Source of the DNA: Limnohabitans sp.
Lineage (GTDB): Bacteria; Pseudomonadota; Gammaproteobacteria; Burkholderiales; Burkholderiaceae_C
Assembly: GCF_036804465.1 (NCBI RefSeq)
Contig: NZ_DAIRSK010000013.1
Location: 24,441-56,440, forward strand
Direction of reading: 5' to 3'
DNA length: 32,000 bases
Positions 25,967 through 32,000 of this stretch are shown piece after piece. The notes under the pieces were generated by a model. It had not been told where the DNA came from, searched no databases, and worked only from the letters and a program-made list of their open reading frames with translations. Position numbers and translations under genes: made by a program. How positions within the stretch are numbered: position 1 is the stretch's first letter; every line of letters starts with the position of its first letter.

Positions 25967-26842
25967 ATGAAACGCATTCTTCTGTTCGTCCTCACCAACC
26001 TCGCTGTCATGGTGGTGCTGGGGGTCGTCGCCAGTTTGCTGGGCGTCAACCGCTTTCTTACTTCCAACGGTCTAGACCTCTCGGCCCTGTTGGGCTTTTC
26101 GCTCATCATGGGTTTTGGCGGTGCATTTATTTCGCTCTTGATGAGTAAGCCTCTGGCCAAGTGGAGCACGGGCGCGCGCGTCATCAATCAGCCAGCCAAC
26201 CAAGACGAGGCATGGTTGGTCAGCGTGGTGCAGCGTTTGTCTGAGCGCGCGGGCATTGCCATGCCTGAAGTGGCGATTTACGACGGCGAACCCAATGCGT
26301 TTGCCACGGGTGCATTTAAAAACTCAGCGTTGGTGGCGGTGTCTACCGGTTTGCTGCAAGGCATGACGCGCGAAGAAATTGAAGCGGTGTTGGGCCATGA
26401 AGTTGCCCACGTGGCCAATGGCGACATGGTCACCCTCACGCTCATCCAAGGCGTGCTCAACACCTTTGTGGTGTTCTTGAGCCGTGTGGTGGGCTATTTT
26501 GTCGACAGCATGTTGCGCAGCAAAGATGATGAATCCACTGGCCCTGGCATGGGCTACTACATCACCAGCTTTGTGCTTGACATCTTGTTTGGTCTGGTGG
26601 CCAGCATGATCGTGGCGTGGTTCAGCCGCCAGCGTGAGTTCCGCGCCGACGAGGGCGCAGCACAACTGATGGGCAGCAAGCAACCCATGATCAATGCCCT
26701 GGCCCGACTCAACAGCATGCAAGCAGGCGAGTTGCCCACCAGCGTGGCGGCCATGGGCATCACCGGTGGTTTGGGCAAGTGGTTTGCCTCGCACCCGCCT
26801 TTGGAAGAGCGCATTGCAGCTTTGCAAAATGCAAGAGGCTGA
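25967..26842 (+). CDS. htpX: Membrane zinc protease HtpX (M48 family)
   Basis: [20 protein letters not shown]-terminus, [11 protein letters not shown] zinc motif, 291 aa. Confidence 0.9.
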   Translation: MKRILLFVLTNLAVMVVLGVVASLLGVNRFLTSNGLDLSALLGFSLIMGFGGAFISLLMSKPLAKWSTGARVINQPANQDEAWLVSVVQRLSERAGIAMPEVAIYDGEPNAFATGAFKNSALVAVSTGLLQGMTREEIEAVLGHEVAHVANGDMVTLTLIQGVLNTFVVFLSRVVGYFVDSMLRSKDDESTGPGMGYYITSFVLDILFGLVASMIVAWFSRQREFRADEGAAQLMGSKQPMINALARLNSMQAGELPTSVAAMGITGGLGKWFASHPPLEERIAALQNARG

Positions 26843-26865
26843 GTGTTTGTGATGACGTTTTTTCT

Positions 26866-28020
26866 TTGAGCCATTCAAGCTCTCCTTGGACGGTCGCCCC
26901 TGTGCAAGCAGTGGCGACCGTTGCCATTCAGCCAGCTGCAGCGTTAACGCCTGTACAAAAGCGGTTCAACACCTTGTTGGCGCGTGTGTCGCAACTGTCG
27001 GATGCCATCGCCACGCTAGAGGCCTTGTCTACCCAGCACCGCAGCAGCCATCTGAGTGCCATGCGCGCTTTGCAGAGCCAAGAAGACGATGTGCGTAAAA
27101 ACTTGTTGTTGTTTTTAGATGGTCGCTTGCATCAAGCCGAGCTCACGGCCTCGCACCGCCGCAGCGCCACGCAAATCATCCTGGGTCTGTGCGAAGCCCT
27201 TGCACACAAGAATGACGGCCAAGTGCAAGCCGTGTTCAACCAGCACCATAGCGAAGAAGACGCACAAGCGCTGGCCGAAGAAGCCCGTGCAGGTGCCGAG
27301 CACGCCAAGGCTGTGTTTGAAGATTTGTTTGGCAAGCCCTTGCACGGCGCGGACGATTTGCACACGGCAGAGGCGGTGTTTGAAGCAGGCCTGCGCCAAT
27401 ACCGCGAACAACAGCAGCGCCAAGAAGACAAACGCCAAGCCAAGAAGGCGAAGAAAAAACCAGCTCTCCGTCAGCTCAAAGACGCGCAGCAAACGATGGA
27501 TGCCAACACCGCGCTGCGCACCGTCTATCGCCAACTCGCCAGCGCTTTGCACCCCGACCGCGAGCCCGATGAAGCCGAGCGCTTGCGCAAGACCGCGTTG
27601 ATGAGCGAAGTCAACGCAGCGTATGACCGCAAAAATTTGTCTGAGCTGTTGAAGCTGCAATTGCAATTGGCGCAAATCGACAGCGCGTCTTTGAGCCGCA
27701 TCACCGATGACAAACTCAACGCCATGTGCTTGCTGCTCAAAGAGCAAGTGCAAGCGCTGCAAGAGGACGAAGCGCAAGCGCAGTTTGAAATCCGTCACTA
27801 CCTCGGTGTGAATGATCTCGACCACATCAGCGCTGAGAGTTTGGCGCGCGCTTTGGCCATTCAACTGCGCGACAAAGCGCAAGACGTGGACACACTAGAG
27901 CGCGATCTGCGTCGCATTCAAAACGAAGCAGAGCTGAAACGTTGGCTCAAAGAACAAGCGCAACTCGCCAAAGAAATGCGGGCTGAGCTGACGGATTTGG
28001 ATCGCTTGCTTTACCGATAA
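26866..28020 (+). CDS. J-domain-containing coiled-coil protein
   Basis: Internal J-domain signature LRTVYRQLASALHPDREPDEAERLRKTALMSEVNAAY (HPD motif). No in-frame ATG near the 5' end, so the start (TTG 26866 or GTG 26902) is uncertain. Confidence 0.6.
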   Translation: MSHSSSPWTVAPVQAVATVAIQPAAALTPVQKRFNTLLARVSQLSDAIATLEALSTQHRSSHLSAMRALQSQEDDVRKNLLLFLDGRLHQAELTASHRRSATQIILGLCEALAHKNDGQVQAVFNQHHSEEDAQALAEEARAGAEHAKAVFEDLFGKPLHGADDLHTAEAVFEAGLRQYREQQQRQEDKRQAKKAKKKPALRQLKDAQQTMDANTALRTVYRQLASALHPDREPDEAERLRKTALMSEVNAAYDRKNLSELLKLQLQLAQIDSASLSRITDDKLNAMCLLLKEQVQALQEDEAQAQFEIRHYLGVNDLDHISAESLARALAIQLRDKAQDVDTLERDLRRIQNEAELKRWLKEQAQLAKEMRAELTDLDRLLYR

Positions 28021-29861
28021 AGCAGTTTGCCCATCAGGCACCGCGCGACTGCCTCGCCAACTTTGATGCCGTCCACCCCCGCCGACAAAATGCCGCCTGC
28101 ATAGCCCGCGCCTTCACCTGCGGGATACAGGCCAAAGAGGGTGGGGCTTTGTAAGGTGTCGTTGTCACGTTCAATGCGCAGGGGCGATGAGGTGCGAGTT
28201 TCTACGCCCGTCATGACCGCGTCGTGCATGTCAAAGCCTTTGATTTTTTGGCCAAAGATCGGCAGCGCTTCTCGCATGGCGGTGATGGCGTAGGAGGGCA
28301 GGGCGCTGTCAAGGCTCACCATCTTGACGCCAGGTTGGTAGGAGGGCTCTACGCTGCCCAATTCAGTAGAAGCACGGTTGGCTACAAAGTCGCCCACCCG
28401 TTGCGCAGGCGCTTCGTAGCTGCTGCCGCCCAAGGTGTAGGCGTGGGCTTCGAGTTGGCGTTGCAGCACCAAGCCTGCCAGCGGGTGATAGCCCCCCGGC
28501 GCATCATGTGTGGTGTGGCGCACGGCGTTGCCCAGCGTTTGGCCCAGCTCAGCTTCAAACGCCGCTGGATCGGTGGGGTAGTCACTCGGGTCAATGCCCA
28601 CCACGATGCCTGCATTGGCATTGCGCTCGGCGCGTGAGTATTGGCTCATGCCGTTGGTCACCACGCGGCCTGCTTCGCTGGTGGCGGCCACCACCGTGCC
28701 GCCAGGGCACATGCAAAAGCTGTACACGGTGCGGCCGTTGTCGGCGTGGTGCACCAGCTTGTAGTCTGCCGCACCCAGCAGCGGGTGGCCCGCGTGTTGG
28801 CCCCAACGTGCGCGGTCAATCACGCCTTGTGGATGCTCAATGCGCACACCCACCGAAAACGGTTTGGCTTCCATCGCCACCGCATGGCGATGCAGCATGG
28901 TGAAGGTGTCGCGGGCGCTGTGGCCCAGCGCCATCACCACATGGTGGGCGGGTAGGTTGTAGGTCTCGTCGGTGGCGTGGTTGTGAATCCGCAGGGCTTT
29001 GATGGCTCTGGATGATGGGCTAAGGGGCGCTGTGCTGGTGATGTCTTCGTAGTCAATATCCACCACGCGTTGCTCAAAGCGCACTTCGCCGCCTAAGCGA
29101 ATGATTTCTTCGCGCAGCCCTTCCACCACTTTCACCAGTTTGAACGTGCCGATGTGCGGGTGCGCGGCAAACAAAATTTCTTCGGGTGCGCCAAAGCGCA
29201 CAAATTCGTTCATCACCTTGCGGCCTAAGTGGCGTGGGTCTTTGATTTGACTGTAGAGCTTGCCGTCTGAGAACGTGCCTGCGCCACCTTCGCCAAACTG
29301 CACATTGCTCTGCACATTCAAAATCTTTTTGCGCCACAAACCCCAAGTGTCTTTGGTGCGTTGACGCATGGAGGTGCCGCGCTCAATCACGATGGGCTTG
29401 AACCCCATTTGCGCCAACACCAGAGCCGCAAAAATGCCGCACGGCCCAAATCCCACCACCACGGGGCGCTCGCCCGCGCCCGTAGACGATGAAGAGCCCC
29501 AGTCCCCAGGCGCGTGTGCAGGCGCGTGCCACACCATATCGGGCGTGGGTTGGATGTGCGAGTTTTTGTCGAACTTGGCCAGCAAATTCGCTTCTTGCGT
29601 TGCGTCTGCCAAGGTGATGTCCACGATGTAGACCACCAGCAAGTTTTGTTTGCGCGCATCAAAGCTGCGTTTGAACACCGCCAGCGTGGTGATGGCGTCA
29701 GGCGACAGCCCCAAGACTTCAGCGGCGAGAGCGCGCAGTGCGTCAATCGGGTGAGGGGGGAGTTGTCGGTCTGCCTCGGTTTCAGCAGGCGCATCGGCTG
29801 CGCGACGTGCTTCTACGGCAAGGGCAGACAGCGGGAGTTTGAGTTCTGAGAGTCGAATCAC
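28011..29861 (-). CDS. NAD(P)/FAD-dependent oxidoreductase (COG2509-like)
   Basis: 616 aa with a GTG start. Dinucleotide-binding VVVGFGPCGIFAALVLAQMGFKPIVIERG, and a C-terminal GEGAGYAGGI motif. Confidence 0.8.
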   Translation of the reverse strand: MIRLSELKLPLSALAVEARRAADAPAETEADRQLPPHPIDALRALAAEVLGLSPDAITTLAVFKRSFDARKQNLLVVYIVDITLADATQEANLLAKFDKNSHIQPTPDMVWHAPAHAPGDWGSSSSTGAGERPVVVGFGPCGIFAALVLAQMGFKPIVIERGTSMRQRTKDTWGLWRKKILNVQSNVQFGEGGAGTFSDGKLYSQIKDPRHLGRKVMNEFVRFGAPEEILFAAHPHIGTFKLVKVVEGLREEIIRLGGEVRFEQRVVDIDYEDITSTAPLSPSSRAIKALRIHNHATDETYNLPAHHVVMALGHSARDTFTMLHRHAVAMEAKPFSVGVRIEHPQGVIDRARWGQHAGHPLLGAADYKLVHHADNGRTVYSFCMCPGGTVVAATSEAGRVVTNGMSQYSRAERNANAGIVVGIDPSDYPTDPAAFEAELGQTLGNAVRHTTHDAPGGYHPLAGLVLQRQLEAHAYTLGGSSYEAPAQRVGDFVANRASTELGSVEPSYQPGVKMVSLDSALPSYAITAMREALPIFGQKIKGFDMHDAVMTGVETRTSSPLRIERDNDTLQSPTLFGLYPAGEGAGYAGGILSAGVDGIKVGEAVARCLMGKLLYR

Positions 29862-29927
29862 AAGCGAGTGGCCCGTGGTGATCGGGCAAGTTATGTCGAG
29901 GGCTTTGATTATCCGTCGATAATCCTG

Positions 29928-30284
29928 CTGTGAAGTTCGCTAGGCCGTCGCTGGTGCAATCTGGGAAACTAGGCACTGGAGGAACGTCCGGACTGCGAAG
30001 GACAGCGTAAGAGGTAACACCTCTCCACCGTGAGGTGAGGATCAGAGCAACAGAGACGAGCCGCTTCAGTGCGGGTGAAACGGGCAATCTCTACGCGCAG
30101 CAATACCAAGTAGGCCAACACGGAGCGGCGCGGTTCGCCGCGACTTCTCCAACTTGCGGTTCGCAGGTTGTTGGCGGGTAGGTAGCACCGAGCCGAGTGG
30201 GCAACCCTCGGCCCAGATTAATGACGGTCACGCGTGGGGCAACCCGCGTGCACAGAATCCGGCGTATCGGCGAGCTTCACACTT
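29928..30284 (+). ncRNA. rnpB: RNase P RNA (bacterial type A)
   Basis: Conserved GGAGGAACGUCCGGAC (P4 5' side) and CACAGAAUCCGGCGUAUCGG (P4 3' side). P1 pairing GUGAAGUUCGC (29930-29940) with GCGAGCUUCAC (30270-30280). GGUAAC and GGGUGAAAC loop motifs. A T-run follows. The ends are approximate. Confidence 0.85.
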
Positions 30285-30346
30285 TTATTTTTTTGAGCTT
30301 GTTCGCTTGGCTTTGTCTGGCGCACGTCTCATTTTGAAAGATCGCG

Positions 30347-31105
30347 TTGTCACCTACCACGTCAGACGAGCGTTTCGAAAAACCCGTCGTGCAAGAAACG
30401 ACCTTAGCCAAGTCGATGGTGTTTTCAGACATCGACATCCAAAGCCGCATGAGCGTGGCACGGCCCGACGAGCTGCAGTTTGAATACACGCGTTTGATGA
30501 TGGGTGTGTTGTTGTTTGTGCCGCAGCCTAAACGCATTTTGATGGTGGGCTTGGGTGGCGGATCACTTGCGAAGTTTTGTTACAAGCATTTGCCCGACGC
30601 ACACATCACGGTGGTGGAGATCAACCCACATGTCATTGCATTGCGTCAAAGTTTTTTTATTCCTGCAGACGATGCGCGGTTTCATGTGCTGCAGATGGAT
30701 GCGGCTCACTTCATGGCGCAGACGGAGCAAATGTTTGACGTGGTGTTGGTGGATGGCTTTGACCCGCACGGCATGCCTGAGCAACTGTGCTCGCCGCAGT
30801 TTTACGCAGACTGCCGACGCGTGTTGACTAACGGTGGCGTGATGGTTGCCAATCTGCACCGCTTCAACGCTTACCGCGATGTGTATGTGGATCGCATTGA
30901 TGCCGCGTTTCAAGGTGCGCTGTGGGTGGTCAATGCGCCTGGCAGCACCAATTGCGTGGTGTTTGCCATGCATGGGTTTTCAAAACACACCAAGCTCAGC
31001 TTTAGCAAACACAAGCCTGCACAACTGAGCGATGAGGCATGGGTACAAATTTCATCCAGCGTGGCGCGGGTGTTTTTAGCCACACAAGAAAAGCTGCAGG
31101 CTTAA
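30347..31105 (+). CDS. Spermidine-synthase-like SAM-dependent methyltransferase family protein
   Basis: ILMVGLGGGSLAKF (SAM-binding G-loop), VVEINP, VLVDGFDP. The TTG start at 30347 is chosen because a conserved-looking N-terminal region precedes the first ATG. Confidence 0.7.
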   Translation: MSPTTSDERFEKPVVQETTLAKSMVFSDIDIQSRMSVARPDELQFEYTRLMMGVLLFVPQPKRILMVGLGGGSLAKFCYKHLPDAHITVVEINPHVIALRQSFFIPADDARFHVLQMDAAHFMAQTEQMFDVVLVDGFDPHGMPEQLCSPQFYADCRRVLTNGGVMVANLHRFNAYRDVYVDRIDAAFQGALWVVNAPGSTNCVVFAMHGFSKHTKLSFSKHKPAQLSDEAWVQISSSVARVFLATQEKLQA

Positions 31106-31638
31106 ATCGCCACCAGGTCGATGACGCGGCGCGGATGCGTCACATGGGTGCCGACAAAACCTTGGTCTGAAAAGTAGGCTTGCATGGCCTCTGTGAATTC
31201 ATCAGGGCCTACCGTGCGCAGGTTGAATTCACCGTTAAAGCCTTGTGCATCTTTTTTAAACTCCACCACTGCCAATTGACGCGATGTGAGATGGGCCAAG
31301 CTGCAAAGCCAATGAAACGTTCGCGCTGGCATTCGCTCGCCTGTTGCGACTGCGACGATGACATCTTCACCTTGCCACTGCAGTTGGTCGGTCATGACGA
31401 TGGCACCTGACAGATCGGGGCGCATGGGTGTTGGCAGCAAAGAGCCTTCTTGTCGCCATGCGCAATGAAAACTTTGACAAGGATTCAGTGGACGGTAGCT
31501 GTAAATGCTGCAACCCTTGGGTTCGCAATGCACACAAGGTTTGCCTAAGTGGGCTTGGGCAATCGGGTGCTTGATGTCAAGCCACCCCTCGCAGCAAGCC
31601 GTGCAGGGCTGGCAATTTCTGGTGTTGATCGTTGGCAT
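31102..31638 (-). CDS. YkgJ-family cysteine-cluster (Fe-S/Zn-binding) protein
   Basis: N-terminal CQPCTACCEGW plus CVHCEPKGCSIY and CQSFHC clusters. Confidence 0.7.
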   Translation of the reverse strand: MPTINTRNCQPCTACCEGWLDIKHPIAQAHLGKPCVHCEPKGCSIYSYRPLNPCQSFHCAWRQEGSLLPTPMRPDLSGAIVMTDQLQWQGEDVIVAVATGERMPARTFHWLCSLAHLTSRQLAVVEFKKDAQGFNGEFNLRTVGPDEFTEAMQAYFSDQGFVGTHVTHPRRVIDLVAI

Positions 31639-31711
31639 GAACCAACGTTAATCCTTGCGCTACGGGGTGAGGATGACGTTGCCATCATTTGGCAGTTGCA
31701 TGATGCAGATG

Positions 31712-32000
31712 TCATCCATCGCAACGGGTTCGAATGCGCTCGACATGCGCTAGCAGTGAGCGCATGGCCACAGGCCACAACCGAGGAGGCACATCGTCAT
31801 AGGCTTGTTTGACCCAGTCGTCCATGCTGCCTTGTGGGAGTTGTTGCATGACATTCAATATCTTGGCTTCGCGTTTGAGGCGGTGCGCTTTGAGGTGGCT
31901 GATGCATGCACGCGCATCGTGCGGCTCATCCCAGAGGTTGCCCAGCACATAGCCGTGCGCGGGCAGGATGAAAGAGACGCGGTCTTGTTCGCAGGCGGCC
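31712..32000 (-). CDS. MBL-fold metallo-hydrolase, C-terminal part (5' end outside window)
   Basis: The frame stays open to the window edge. ...FILPAHGYVLGN... (His of the MBL motif) is followed by a C-terminal helical domain with HRLKREAKIL. Confidence 0.6.
   Translation of the reverse strand, partial: AACEQDRVSFILPAHGYVLGNLWDEPHDARACISHLKAHRLKREAKILNVMQQLPQGSMDDWVKQAYDDVPPRLWPVAMRSLLAHVERIRTRCDG

Noticed and set aside
29782-30483. ORFs 29782-30087 (-) and 30154-30483 (+)
   Set aside because: They overlap the RNase P RNA, whose conserved P4 and P1 elements are clearly present. The ORFs are by-products of a structured RNA gene.
1-32000. CRISPR arrays, tRNA/rRNA genes, reverse transcriptase (retron/DGR), transposase or IS ends
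   Set aside because: I saw no regularly spaced repeats, tRNA-like cloverleaf signatures, RT motifs (YxDD) or transposase ORFs in any frame. Absence is based on visual reading only and should be confirmed with tRNAscan-SE, ISEScan or a CRISPR finder.

Overview
High-GC proteobacterial chromosome segment; the Bug/TctABC genes and the porin style suggest a betaproteobacterium, which is inference only. It is interrupted by a visibly AT-richer accessory region. Left third (0.3-10 kb): tctCBA, a decayed higBA pair, a nitroreductase, a tightly overlapping minus-strand operon (bioM-bioN-bioY, acyl-CoA ligase, thiolase-like gene), then ompW. Right third (20.7-32 kb): housekeeping genes gltIJKL, pyrC, a DUF3025-like gene, htpX, a J-domain protein, an FAD oxidoreductase, RNase P RNA, a spermidine-synthase-like methyltransferase, a YkgJ-type Cys-cluster protein and a partial MBL-fold hydrolase. 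Three paralogous general-porin genes lie at 1-269 (+, partial), 10134-11323 (-) and 18033-19175 (-). Main hunt result: a 28-bp perfect direct repeat sits inside the signal-peptide codons of the two complete porin genes. Just beyond each copy, similarity stops and a divergently oriented tyrosine integrase gene follows within about 200-260 bp. The repeats bracket a ~7.8 kb low-GC element carrying int, orphan genes, a FimB/FimE-sized recombinase, a clamp-loader-like AAA+ ATPase module and its own divergent porin allele. This looks like an integrative element whose att site lies in a porin 5' end, so integration would swap porin 5' ends and promoters. Both porins carry a 5' lesion right next to the repeat (a 1-nt frameshift and an in-frame TAA). 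Other observations: a porin 3' UTR/terminator module conserved more strongly than the coding sequence, inverted porin 3' ends flanking 9.8 kb, and a pair of inverted hairpin repeats with compensatory stem changes between gltL and pyrC. All homology calls rest on remembered motifs. No searches were run.
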